A stretch of DNA of 64,000 nt from Verrucomicrobiota bacterium (GTDB lineage Bacteria > Verrucomicrobiota > Verrucomicrobiia > Verrucomicrobiales > JBCCJK01). Below are positions 26,129 to 35,371 of this stretch, piece by piece. Each line of letters opens with the position of its first letter. Positions within the stretch are counted from its first letter, which is position 1. The position numbers and the translations under genes are program-made. Below the pieces are notes generated by a model. That model saw only the letters and a list, made by a program, of their open reading frames with translations, did no database searches and was not told the origin of the DNA. Where the stretch lies: the NCBI GenBank assembly GCA_039027815.1, contig JBCCJK010000001.1, positions 52,779 to 116,778 of the forward strand, read 5' to 3'.

Positions 26129-26899
26129 GTGAGCACCGCGCTCCCTGCGAGAAAGGCTTGGAAGGTCCGCTTCTTCCAGGCCTACCTTTCTTGGTATCTT
26201 GGGAGGAACTTCAATGGGATCCGCCAACTCGGCCCCCCTCCCTCTTTCGATCCCGAAAACGAAAGCCTCGTCCTCTACGCCAACCACCCTTCCTGGTGGG
26301 ACCCCCTGCTCTTCCTCTTCCTGGTGGAGCATCATTTTCCTGGGGTGCCGGTCTATGGGCCGATTGATGCCGAGGCCCTCGAGCGCTATGGCATTTTCCA
26401 AGGACTCGGGTTCTTTGGCGTCGACCAACACAGCCCCGCAAGCCTGCGTAGCTTTCTGCGAACGGGGCAGGCTATCTTGAGCCAACCGGGGCGTTTGCTG
26501 GTCCTGACCCCCGAGGGAAACTTCGCCGACCCCCGGGTCCGCCCCCTCGAATTCCAGGTCGGTCTGGAGCAACTCGCCCGTCGAGCGCCCGAACATGTCC
26601 GTCTGGCCCCTCTCGCCTTGGAACTGGTTCACTGGGAGGAGCGGCTTCCGGAAGCCTGCTACCGGATCGGTCCAGCGGAGCCTCCCCAAGCGCGATGCAA
26701 TTGGAAGCCGGCCCTCACTCAGACGCTCGATGAACTCCAGCAAGCCACCCAAAAGCGGGACCCCAGCCTTTTCCTCACCTCCCAAGAGGGCAAAAGCGGT
26801 CTGGGAGGGCTCTACGGGCTCTGGCGGAGGCTGATCCGTGGCGACCGCGATCTTCGCCACGGAAGTGTCAAAGCCACGCAGAATGACCGGCCAGCCTAA
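26129..26899 (+). CDS. PlsC-type (lysophospholipid) acyltransferase
   Basis: HX4D motif (ANHPSWWD) and an EGN motif (LTPEGNF). Start taken as the GTG at 26129, just after the crtP stop. The ORF-track ATG at 26072 would overlap crtP by 56 nt. Confidence 0.7.
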   Translation: MSTALPARKAWKVRFFQAYLSWYLGRNFNGIRQLGPPPSFDPENESLVLYANHPSWWDPLLFLFLVEHHFPGVPVYGPIDAEALERYGIFQGLGFFGVDQHSPASLRSFLRTGQAILSQPGRLLVLTPEGNFADPRVRPLEFQVGLEQLARRAPEHVRLAPLALELVHWEERLPEACYRIGPAEPPQARCNWKPALTQTLDELQQATQKRDPSLFLTSQEGKSGLGGLYGLWRRLIRGDRDLRHGSVKATQNDRPA

Positions 26900-28221
26900 A
26901 CGTAGCGATCCCCGATGTGCTGGGGAAGAAAGTAGTCGTGGAGAAGCCGGTCCACTTCGAGGAGGCCATCTCGATTGACGCGAATCTCCTTCTCATCTTG
27001 TTCGAAGTAGCCTTCGGCCACGAATCGATCTGTCACGTGACCAAACTTCTCGGCCACCGAGACCCCGAATTTCCGCTCGAAGTAGGCCCGTTCCACCTTG
27101 CCCAGCTTGAGTTGCAAGATGAATTCACGGATCAGCTGTTCTTCGCGATTGGTCTCGTAAGCCCGGAAGATGGGCAACTCGTCACCTCTCTCGATCAATT
27201 CCATGTAGGGATCGACGTTCGCCTGATTCTGGTAGTGGAGGCCCGCCAGGTGACCAAAAGAAGCCACGCCCAAGGCCAGCAAATCCGCCCCTCCCCAGAG
27301 GGCGTCCCGGTAGACGAACTGCACCTTCTTCGGATTTTTCACGACCGTGTAGCCGCTGGTCACGGTGTAGCCAGCGGCCTCAAACTGTTCGAAAGCATAC
27401 TTGACCCATTTCCGCTTGGTATCCCAGTCCGCCACGGGTGCCGTGATTTGCCCACTCTCCTTCATCTGTTTGTAGATGGTGGTGTTGTAGGGGATTTCCA
27501 TCTGGTAGATGGTCACGCACTCGGGATCGAGGTCGATGGCCTGCTGGACGGTTTTCGCCCAATTCTCGTCGGTCTCGTCGATCATACCCGCGATGAGGTC
27601 GATGTTGATCTGCGGGAAGCCGATCTTTTTGGCATACTCGTAAGCGCGGAAGATCTCGCGCGATCGGTGAGCCCGGCCGTTCAGGCCTAGAATATGGTCA
27701 TCAAAGTTCTCGATGCCCATACTGAGCCGCGTCACCCCCATATCTCGAATGGCATCCAACTTCTTCTCGCGAAGCGTGCCCGGCTCCGCCTCGAAAGCCA
27801 CCTCCCGAGCCTCGTCCCAAGGGATCGCTGCCTTCATGGCTGAGGTCAGCCGTGCCAGCTGTTTTTCAGAAAGGTAGCTGGGTGTGCCGCCACCGAAGTA
27901 GACAAAGTCGGCTTTGCGACCTTGGATGTAGGGTCGGCTGGCGTAGCGCTCAAGCTCGGCCAATCCGGCGTCCAGGTAGTCGTTGATCTCGGAGGCCTTC
28001 TTGTCGGTGTAGACGCGGAAGTAGCAAAAATGACAGCGCTTGCGGCAAAAAGGAACGTGGAAATACACCCCGAGTGGGGTGTCGCTCGGCGCGGGACGTT
28101 TCAGAATGGCTTCCGCTTTGGCCGCCTGCTCTTTCTGCCAATAGGCAAAAGGCGGGTAGTTGGAAACAAAGTAGTTCCCAACGGTCGTCTTTTTATCCTC
28201 GGTGGCGGTTTCGGTCGGCAT
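26896..28221 (-). CDS. HemN-family radical SAM protein (oxygen-independent coproporphyrinogen-III oxidase-like)
   Basis: ORF trimmed to the Met at 28221. CxxxCxxC cluster motif in YFHVPFCRKRCHFCYF, plus the GGGTPS motif. Confidence 0.85.
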   Translation of the reverse strand: MPTETATEDKKTTVGNYFVSNYPPFAYWQKEQAAKAEAILKRPAPSDTPLGVYFHVPFCRKRCHFCYFRVYTDKKASEINDYLDAGLAELERYASRPYIQGRKADFVYFGGGTPSYLSEKQLARLTSAMKAAIPWDEAREVAFEAEPGTLREKKLDAIRDMGVTRLSMGIENFDDHILGLNGRAHRSREIFRAYEYAKKIGFPQINIDLIAGMIDETDENWAKTVQQAIDLDPECVTIYQMEIPYNTTIYKQMKESGQITAPVADWDTKRKWVKYAFEQFEAAGYTVTSGYTVVKNPKKVQFVYRDALWGGADLLALGVASFGHLAGLHYQNQANVDPYMELIERGDELPIFRAYETNREEQLIREFILQLKLGKVERAYFERKFGVSVAEKFGHVTDRFVAEGYFEQDEKEIRVNRDGLLEVDRLLHDYFLPQHIGDRYV

Positions 28222-28259
28222 GGCTGAGCTTTTGACCTCTACGGTTGCTGAATGGGAAG

Positions 28260-29432
28260 CTAGTCGCCTTTTTCTCGGAAGCCGAATAAGGTCCCATCCT
28301 CGGTCCCGATGACAAGCGTTCCCCGGGAGAGCGCGGGGGAGGCCGTCACGTCCCCTCCCACCTCGTAGGACCACTGGGATTGACCCGTTGCTTGATCGAG
28401 CGCAAAGAGCTTGCCGGCGGCTGTCCCGAAGATCACCAGCTCCCCTGCCAAGAGGGCCGAGGAGTCGACCTGGCCCCCCGCGGAAAACTCCCAAACCTTC
28501 TCGCCTGTGACGGCGTCCAAGCGATACATCCGCCGGTCCCGACCCCCCACGAAGACCGATTCCTCCGTGATGGCCGGGCAGGAGAAAAAAGGGAAATTCC
28601 GCTCGCCAAAGCGCCAGCGAATCTCCCCGGTCTCCGCCTCCAAGCCCACCACTTCATTGCCATAATACCCGAAGGCCGCGAGGCCATGGGCCGCCCCCAC
28701 GGAATTGGCAATCGGGGCATCAAACTCCACCTTCCGAGTGATCGATCCACTGGAGACATCCGCGTAGTAGATGAAGCCATCACAGCCCCCGAAAAGCACC
28801 TCCGACCCCAAAATGGTAGGCGTCCCATTAACCCGGTCCCCGGTCTCCAATTCCCAAACCACCTCACCGGTCATGGCATCCAGCGCTCTGAGATAGGCAT
28901 CGTAGCAGCCCACCAAAAAGAGGGTCGATTCCTCCGCCCTCACGGCCACGTTCACTCCGCCGAAGACCTCGCCGCTGAGCGAAGTTCTCCAAATCAACTC
29001 GCCCGTCTCGGCCCGGAGAGCGATGACCTCCCCGTCCAAGTTCCCGAAGCAGACCAGGTCCCCGGCCAGGGCAGCCGTCCCTTCGATATCGGACCCGCTA
29101 TCGAACTCCCAGAGAACCTTCCCATCTTCTAGGGCCAGGCAGTAGAAAACTCCATTGGTGGCACCGACAAAGACTTTCCCGTCCGCAATGACCGCACTGG
29201 CCAAGACGGCCACCCGTCGCTCCCCGCCCAGTTGCTTCGACCAGGCTAGCTCCAAGGGCGCTGCAAGGGTTTCGGGGGAGACGCCGCTCAGATGGGCGTT
29301 TCCGCGAAACACCAACCAATCGCTCTCCACCTTTTCCTCAACCGCCTCGACCGCCTCGACTTCCCCGCGGGGCGCCTTCTCCGAAGAGCAAGCCATCAGG
29401 CTGACCACAGCAGTGAAAAAAAACCAACGCAT
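28260..29432 (-). CDS. PQQ-like beta-propeller lipoprotein (BamB-like)
   Basis: 390 aa with lipobox VVSLMACSS. Repeated G-x-V/L-x-A-L-D-x-x-T-G-x-x-x-W blades (e.g. LFALDQATGQSQWSY, MYRLDAVTGEKVWEF). Confidence 0.8.
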   Translation of the reverse strand: MRWFFFTAVVSLMACSSEKAPRGEVEAVEAVEEKVESDWLVFRGNAHLSGVSPETLAAPLELAWSKQLGGERRVAVLASAVIADGKVFVGATNGVFYCLALEDGKVLWEFDSGSDIEGTAALAGDLVCFGNLDGEVIALRAETGELIWRTSLSGEVFGGVNVAVRAEESTLFLVGCYDAYLRALDAMTGEVVWELETGDRVNGTPTILGSEVLFGGCDGFIYYADVSSGSITRKVEFDAPIANSVGAAHGLAAFGYYGNEVVGLEAETGEIRWRFGERNFPFFSCPAITEESVFVGGRDRRMYRLDAVTGEKVWEFSAGGQVDSSALLAGELVIFGTAAGKLFALDQATGQSQWSYEVGGDVTASPALSRGTLVIGTEDGTLFGFREKGD

Positions 29433-29433
29433 C

Positions 29434-30588
29434 TCAGTAGACCAGACGGTAGAGGCTCTCGAAATCTTCCGCTTTCAGGGGAAGAGGATTGAATTTTCCC
29501 GTCCATTGCTCGCTCGCTTGCTCGGCCAAACGCGGTAGATCGCTTTCGGGAACCCGCAAGTTTCGCAAGCGCCGCTCCAGCCCGGTCTGCCCCAGCCACC
29601 CATCCAATCGCTCTCCCAAGTCCCCCGAGGGAGCCAGGGTGCGGTAGACCTCGGCCGCCGTCTCCTCGGCCGCGTTGCGCCTGACCACGGCCGGGAGCAT
29701 CAGCCCGACAGCGTGGCCATGCACGATCCCGTAGTTGGCGGTCAAGGGGTTGGCCGTGGCATGGGCGGCTCCCAGCATACTGTTTTCAATCGCCACCCCC
29801 GCGAGGGCGGCCCCGAGTTGGGCTTGGGCCAAGCTGGCGAGGTCTCGGCGACCCTCCTCCAAACAGGCTACCAGGGCCTTTTCCAAAGCCCGGAAAGCCG
29901 CGTAGGAGTAGGCTCGCGAGATCTCGCTGGCCTTGGTCGAGACGGCGGACTCCACGGCATGGGAAAGAGCATCGACGAGCGTCACCAGGAAAACCGATTC
30001 CGGCTGAGACAAGGTGAGTTCAGGGTCCAAAAGCACCACTTGGGCTGCGGCCTTCGGATCACCGCAAGCCATTTTGACGTGGGTCTCCCGATCAGAAATG
30101 AGAGCGAAGCTTTGGCACTCACTGCCCGTGCCGGTGGTGGTGGGAACCGCGATGAAAGGCCGCATGGCCTTCTTCGCTTTCCCCGTGCCCCAATAGTCAT
30201 GAATGCGCCCTCCATTGGTCAGAAGAAAATTGGCTCCCTTGGCGGTGTCCAAGCTGCTCCCTCCCCCCAGGCCCACGAAAAGGTCCGTCTCCGCCCGCCG
30301 GGCCACCTCCGTCACCCGCTCGACCAGTTCATCGGTTGGGTTTTCCTCCACCTCATCGAAAAGCTCGACCTGCAATCCCGCGTCTTTCAGAATCTGGAGG
30401 GCTCGCCCGGCATGACCCGCCTCGCGGACTCCGGGATCGGTGATGAGCAGCACCCGTCTGCCATGAGCCCTTGCCTCGGACCCCAGCCGCCTCAGGACAC
30501 CCGCCCCTTGGATCACGAGCCCATTAGGCGCATGGGCGAAACGGCCCACGAAATCGGAGGGGGGAGGCGCGAGGTCAGGGTTTTCCAT
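29434..30588 (-). CDS. Iron-containing (group III) alcohol dehydrogenase
   Basis: 384 aa with GGGSSLDTAK and AVPTTTGTGSE motifs and His-rich metal-site helices (DALSHAVES). Confidence 0.85.
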   Translation of the reverse strand: MENPDLAPPPSDFVGRFAHAPNGLVIQGAGVLRRLGSEARAHGRRVLLITDPGVREAGHAGRALQILKDAGLQVELFDEVEENPTDELVERVTEVARRAETDLFVGLGGGSSLDTAKGANFLLTNGGRIHDYWGTGKAKKAMRPFIAVPTTTGTGSECQSFALISDRETHVKMACGDPKAAAQVVLLDPELTLSQPESVFLVTLVDALSHAVESAVSTKASEISRAYSYAAFRALEKALVACLEEGRRDLASLAQAQLGAALAGVAIENSMLGAAHATANPLTANYGIVHGHAVGLMLPAVVRRNAAEETAAEVYRTLAPSGDLGERLDGWLGQTGLERRLRNLRVPESDLPRLAEQASEQWTGKFNPLPLKAEDFESLYRLVY

Positions 30589-30596
30589 GTGAATGC

Positions 30597-32039
30597 CTAA
30601 GCATTCGCAAAGGCTACCGTACGCCTTTCAAAAAGAAACTCGAAGAGATTGCCTTCGTGGGGTTGGTCCCAGCTGATGTGGCAGGTGGCGTGGGGGCCGA
30701 TGTTCAAGCGACTGATGGCGGGGTAAGCCAAGAGATCGTCAATCCACTCCCGATCTTCCGTGAGAGCCGTCACCACCAGGGAGGGCCCAATTTGTTCCAG
30801 CATCTGCTCCTGCGGAAGCTCGACCACCGCGCAGTAGGGGAATAGAAACTCGGTGTTGGCCAAAGGATGATCGAGAGAATCGCAGCGAACGACCGTGGGC
30901 TGCAGATACGTCATATGATCGCGCTCGATCAAGCGAGGCGTGCTCCGCAAGGCCACACTGACATCCCGAGCCCCCGGCGCCTTCAATCCCTCATCGACCA
31001 TTCCGCTAATGGCCTCGCCAAACCTGGGATTGGCAAAGCCAGAAAGCCGCGCGCTCTCGTCGTCCAAGGCTTTTGGTTCCATCGCTAGCAGCCGCTGGGC
31101 GAGGGCTTCCGCCAGGGCATCGGCATGGCGTGGCACCACAATGGTGGAAGCATTGATGCAACTGCGGCCGCTGTTAGCCGAGACCGATTCCTCCAAAAGG
31201 CCTAAGTGCTTTTCCCAATCGTCGATCTGGTCCTGGCCGAAGAGCACTTTGCTCCGACCTGTCCCATGCACTTCGACCCGAGGGTCTCCCGCATGTTTCG
31301 CCACGGTGCGGTCATCACCAAAGAGCATCACTCGCCCCACCCGCCGGATGATGGCGTTCGACCCCTCATGATCGGTCGGGTAAAAACCAAAGGCCTCCTT
31401 CGGCACGCCCGACGCGATCATCGCCTGAATGATCCTCCAAGGGGTCCAGGGCTCTTCCCGACCCGGCTTCAAAATGACGGGGATCTGCATGGCAATGGAA
31501 GGGATCCAGAGGGCATTGACGGCTGGGGAATTGCTCGGGAGGATGACCGCGAGCGCGTCGGTCGAAGGCACAAAGCTGACCGGCAATCCATTTTGCTGCC
31601 CGTATCCTTGATCGAGAGCCCCTGGGGTGATCCCACGACTGAGACCCTGGAGAATCGTTTCCACCTCGTCGAAAACAATCTTGAGGCGACCCATGTTTCG
31701 TCGCACCAAGGCCACCGGAAGACCACTGGTGGCGGAAAGCTGTCGCACGTAGTCATCGGGCGATTGCTCGTCATGCAAGCCCAGCGGCAGGGTGTCGTGC
31801 AAAAAACGCTCCCCTGCCTCCTTCACCATCCCGAGAAGTTCTCGACAAGGAATCCGCCGAAGGGCCTTGCGAGCGGCCTTGAGGTCGAGCATGTCCCGCT
31901 TGACCAAGCCTGAGTTGGCAAAGTGGACTTTGACTGCCTCGCCCTTGTTGCCAATCGACTGGATCGACTGCACCTCCAGGCTCTCGTAGGCCTCGCCTTG
32001 GGCTCCAATCCGGAGCACGGGAATTTCTGGAACGCTCAT
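30597..32039 (-). CDS. ALDH-superfamily acyl-CoA/acyl-enzyme reductase, LuxC-like
   Basis: ORF trimmed to the Met at 32039; the start overlaps the upstream stop (TAATG). Segments VILPSNSPAVNALWIPSIAMQIPVILKPGREEP, EVHGTGRSKV and the catalytic-Cys region GRSCINASTIVV parallel LuxC as I recall it. Confidence 0.65.
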   Translation of the reverse strand: MSVPEIPVLRIGAQGEAYESLEVQSIQSIGNKGEAVKVHFANSGLVKRDMLDLKAARKALRRIPCRELLGMVKEAGERFLHDTLPLGLHDEQSPDDYVRQLSATSGLPVALVRRNMGRLKIVFDEVETILQGLSRGITPGALDQGYGQQNGLPVSFVPSTDALAVILPSNSPAVNALWIPSIAMQIPVILKPGREEPWTPWRIIQAMIASGVPKEAFGFYPTDHEGSNAIIRRVGRVMLFGDDRTVAKHAGDPRVEVHGTGRSKVLFGQDQIDDWEKHLGLLEESVSANSGRSCINASTIVVPRHADALAEALAQRLLAMEPKALDDESARLSGFANPRFGEAISGMVDEGLKAPGARDVSVALRSTPRLIERDHMTYLQPTVVRCDSLDHPLANTEFLFPYCAVVELPQEQMLEQIGPSLVVTALTEDREWIDDLLAYPAISRLNIGPHATCHISWDQPHEGNLFEFLFERRTVAFANA

Positions 32040-33130
32040 TAGTACACTCCTTCGATCACTTTTTTCTCCATCGCCCCAAAGGGCCGCACGTCCCCCACCC
32101 CATCCCAAGGATACAATTCGCAAGGCTTCCGGCGGATGGCTTCATCTCTTTCCAAGAACCGGGGCATGAAGAATTCCTTCGTGAGCGTGGTCAGCTCGAC
32201 TCGACCGTATTCGCCATAGTCGCGCGTTTCTTCGGTTGCCTCGGGATTGACAATGCGAAGGGTGGCGCGGGGTTGCGGTGCATAATAGGTGATACTGTAA
32301 CCCTCTTCTTTGGTGACGGGCTTACTGGCCGCCAAGCCCATGAGGGTGTTTCCATAAGTCGGAACAAAACGCGTTTCATTCTCGCACACCTCTTCCACCA
32401 AAAAGCGGACCATCTGGGGTGTCATGGTGGTGCCACCACAGAAGACCCCGCGGATGCCGCGCCCGGGGATCGAGACCCTCTCGGCCAAGCTTTCCAGCAA
32501 CTTGGGCGTGGTGAAGAGACAAGAGATATCGCGGTGCTTCAGCAGCTCGACAGCCTGGTCGATGACGTGTCTCTGGTAGCGCTCCACCTGATCGATGTCA
32601 CCGCGTTGGATGACTTTTTTGACCCAACGAGGATCGAGATCCACGAAGTAGCAACTCCCGCCCCGGAAGTTGGCCAAGTGCTCGATGGCCAGGCGGAGTC
32701 GACGCGGTCCGGTTGGCCCCACCATCAACCAATTGCCCCCGCGAGGGAAGGACGCTTCATCCAAGGTCCCAGAAAACTGCTCGTAATCGTGTTTGTAATC
32801 GTCCCAGCCAATCCGCTGCTTGGGAAGACCGGTCGTGCCGCCGGTTTCAAAGATATTGAAGGGTCGCTTGCCAAAACCCTTGGGCACAAATCGCTCGTTT
32901 TTCTCGTCCCTCAGCCACTCGTCTTGGAAGTGATCGAACTTCACTAAGTCGGCCACGCTTTGGATCTCTTCCCGAGGATCCCAGCCGGAAGCCTGTTTCC
33001 AATCGAGCCAAAACGGACAGCCCGTCTCCTCCGAGAAATGCCAATTCAGGATTTCCTGAAGGTGAGATTGCAATCTTTGGTCCGCTCCTTGGGCGGGGGT
33101 GGGGGCTTGGGCTTCGATCATGGTGGGCAC
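32039..33130 (-). CDS. Adenylate-forming enzyme, LuxE / PaaK-like (acyl-protein or acyl-CoA synthetase)
   Basis: 363 aa. P-loop-like FETGGTTGLPK, a second glycine motif FCGGTTMTPQ, and PTYGNTLMG. Size and motifs fit the short ANL/LuxE-type enzymes. Confidence 0.6.
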   Translation of the reverse strand: MPTMIEAQAPTPAQGADQRLQSHLQEILNWHFSEETGCPFWLDWKQASGWDPREEIQSVADLVKFDHFQDEWLRDEKNERFVPKGFGKRPFNIFETGGTTGLPKQRIGWDDYKHDYEQFSGTLDEASFPRGGNWLMVGPTGPRRLRLAIEHLANFRGGSCYFVDLDPRWVKKVIQRGDIDQVERYQRHVIDQAVELLKHRDISCLFTTPKLLESLAERVSIPGRGIRGVFCGGTTMTPQMVRFLVEEVCENETRFVPTYGNTLMGLAASKPVTKEEGYSITYYAPQPRATLRIVNPEATEETRDYGEYGRVELTTLTKEFFMPRFLERDEAIRRKPCELYPWDGVGDVRPFGAMEKKVIEGVY

Positions 33131-33245
33131 GGGAGGTTCTACGACCCTGCCGGGGGCCGAGGAACCGCTTCTTTCTCGCGGCCAAGGACAAAACGCAATG
33201 GGAGACTCCCTCCTTCCGAGTCGGGCCTCTTTTCTAGTCTTCTTC

Positions 33246-34433
33246 TCAATCGCGGAAAAGCGTGGCCTCCCGCTCCACCAAACGAACCGTCGACCAAATG
33301 GCCAAGGCCGAGAACCCCAGGAGCGAGACGAAGGTCAGGGCGACATGCCCCCCCACCAGCGAGCCCGACATCCCTTCTCGCAAAACCACGGCTGCATTGA
33401 AGACTGGAATGAGGGCCGTCAGCACGTTGAGCTCTGTTCCTGGCAGCATCGCCACCACCAAGCCCAAGGCCAAGGCCATCAGGATGGGGCTCAAATATCC
33501 TTGGGCCTCTTTGGGACTACGGGCAAAAAAGGAACAACCGAGCAGCAAACTGGCCAAGACCAGAGAAACGGGAATCAAGAGAGCAATGGCCAAGGCCACA
33601 TTGCTCACCTGGAGGAGACTGCCGAAGTATTCTGGATTGTTGGCGGCTCCCCCCAGAAAGGCCAACCCGCCTAAGCTGAGAATCGAGAGCAGCGAGGAAC
33701 AAAGCCCCGCCAACATCACCAGCCCCAGCTTTCCGACCAAAACGCTCCGCTGGTCCATCGGCGTGGAGAGAAGCGTTTCCAAGGTGCCCCGTTCCTTTTC
33801 TCCGGCCCCTTGGTCCACGGCGGTCGACATGCAGCCCGTCAGACAAAGAAAAAAGAGAAAGTAAGCCAGGACCCCGCCCAGTTGCTCGCCGGACTCCTCC
33901 CGCACCTCCGCCACGTTTTCCAGCGTGAGATCGATCGGTTCCACCGCACTGGGCAGAAGACCCAGCGCACGAAATCGATCGGCTTCCTCCGCTTCTTGAT
34001 AGCGCTTGAGCAGGTCACGAATCCGCCGCGCCTGGAGCGTGCCCTCCGCCGTTTCTTTATAGAGAAGGCTGATCTTGCCGGTCCCACCCTGGGCTTGCGC
34101 GCGCTCGAATTGCTCATCGAAGAGGAGAGCCGCAGGCACCTCCTCCGCCTGAACTTGTCTCCGCAAGTCCGCCTCTTCCTCCGCTGGGGTGAAGGAGATG
34201 CCGTCATACTCCTCGACAAAGGCATTCAGCTCGACGGCCTTCTCACCCGGAAGCACCGGGACCGCCAAGGCGCGGCCTTTCACTTCGCTCATTTGCAAGG
34301 AGGAGAAATAGCCCATCACCAAAACAATGAGCGGGTAGAAAAAGACCGGCAGGATGAAGGTCACCAAGACCGTCCGCCGATCGCGCAACGCTTCGCGCAG
34401 CTCCTTTCGGAAGACGGTCCACGCTCCCTTCAT
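33246..34433 (-). CDS. ABC-2 type exporter permease (NatB-like)
   Basis: 395 aa with an N-terminal TM, a ~150-aa extracytoplasmic loop, then 5 C-terminal TMs. The start overlaps the ATPase stop. Confidence 0.8.
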   Translation of the reverse strand: MKGAWTVFRKELREALRDRRTVLVTFILPVFFYPLIVLVMGYFSSLQMSEVKGRALAVPVLPGEKAVELNAFVEEYDGISFTPAEEEADLRRQVQAEEVPAALLFDEQFERAQAQGGTGKISLLYKETAEGTLQARRIRDLLKRYQEAEEADRFRALGLLPSAVEPIDLTLENVAEVREESGEQLGGVLAYFLFFLCLTGCMSTAVDQGAGEKERGTLETLLSTPMDQRSVLVGKLGLVMLAGLCSSLLSILSLGGLAFLGGAANNPEYFGSLLQVSNVALAIALLIPVSLVLASLLLGCSFFARSPKEAQGYLSPILMALALGLVVAMLPGTELNVLTALIPVFNAAVVLREGMSGSLVGGHVALTFVSLLGFSALAIWSTVRLVEREATLFRD

Positions 34434-35191
34434 ACTGCGTCCCCCAAAAGCCGAATGAATTCGTCCTGGAGACTGGGCGCTTGGCGACCGCTCTCCAAAT
34501 CCTCGAACTTGCCGGCGAAGACCTTTTCGCCCTCGTGAATGACCACCACGTCGTCCGCCAACTGCGCCACCTCTTCCATCAAGTGAGTCGAAAAAAGCAC
34601 CGTTTTGCCTTGTTCACGACATTCTCGCACCAGCGCGATGACATTGCGCGAGGTAAGCACGTCCAGTCCCACGGTCACTTCGTCGAAAACCATGACCTCT
34701 GGATCGTGCAGCAAAATCCGGGCGATGGAGACCTTTTGCTTCATGCCCATCGACAAGCGTGCAATCGGCCGATCTTGAAACGACCCGATCCCAAAGCGCT
34801 CTATCAGCTGGCGAGCGCGTTCCTCGCAGCGATCCGGCGCCAAGCCATAGAGACCGCCAAAGTAACGAAGTGTCTCAAGAGGGCTGAGATGACGGTAGAG
34901 CGAGGTCGTCCCGGTGAGAAAACCAATCTTGCGCCGGACCGCCACCGCCTCCTCGACCGAGTCCAAGCCCGTAATTTCCACCCGCCCCTCGCTCGGTCGC
35001 AGGAGCGTGGCCACCATCCGCAGGGCGGTCGTCTTGCCAGAGCCGTTCGGGCCCAGGAGGGCGCAGATCCGGCCGGGATGGCATTGGAAACTGAGCGCAC
35101 GGACCGCGGTCAACTCCTCCCGTGTTTTGGGCGACCACCACTTCGACCGTTCGGCGGGGAAGCGTTTGGTCACACCATCGAAGACAATCAT
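34430..35191 (-). CDS. ABC transporter ATP-binding protein (NatA-like)
   Basis: ORF trimmed to the Met at 35191. Walker A GPNGSGKTT, signature LSMGMKQK, Walker B VMVFDE. Confidence 0.85.
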   Translation of the reverse strand: MIVFDGVTKRFPAERSKWWSPKTREELTAVRALSFQCHPGRICALLGPNGSGKTTALRMVATLLRPSEGRVEITGLDSVEEAVAVRRKIGFLTGTTSLYRHLSPLETLRYFGGLYGLAPDRCEERARQLIERFGIGSFQDRPIARLSMGMKQKVSIARILLHDPEVMVFDEVTVGLDVLTSRNVIALVRECREQGKTVLFSTHLMEEVAQLADDVVVIHEGEKVFAGKFEDLESGRQAPSLQDEFIRLLGDAV

Positions 35192-35371
35192 GTCGCCCTC
35201 CTTATGGAAGAGAGCTCCTCGAAGGTCAAGGATTTGACCGGATGGCGTTTTCCTTCCTCCGCAGGGCGGTCGCCCGTCTTGAAACGGAAAACAGAGTCTG
35301 GGCGTAACCACTAGAAAGCCCCGTCCTGTAACCAACTTGAAGCCCTCTCCCTTTCGTCTTAGGCTTACCGC

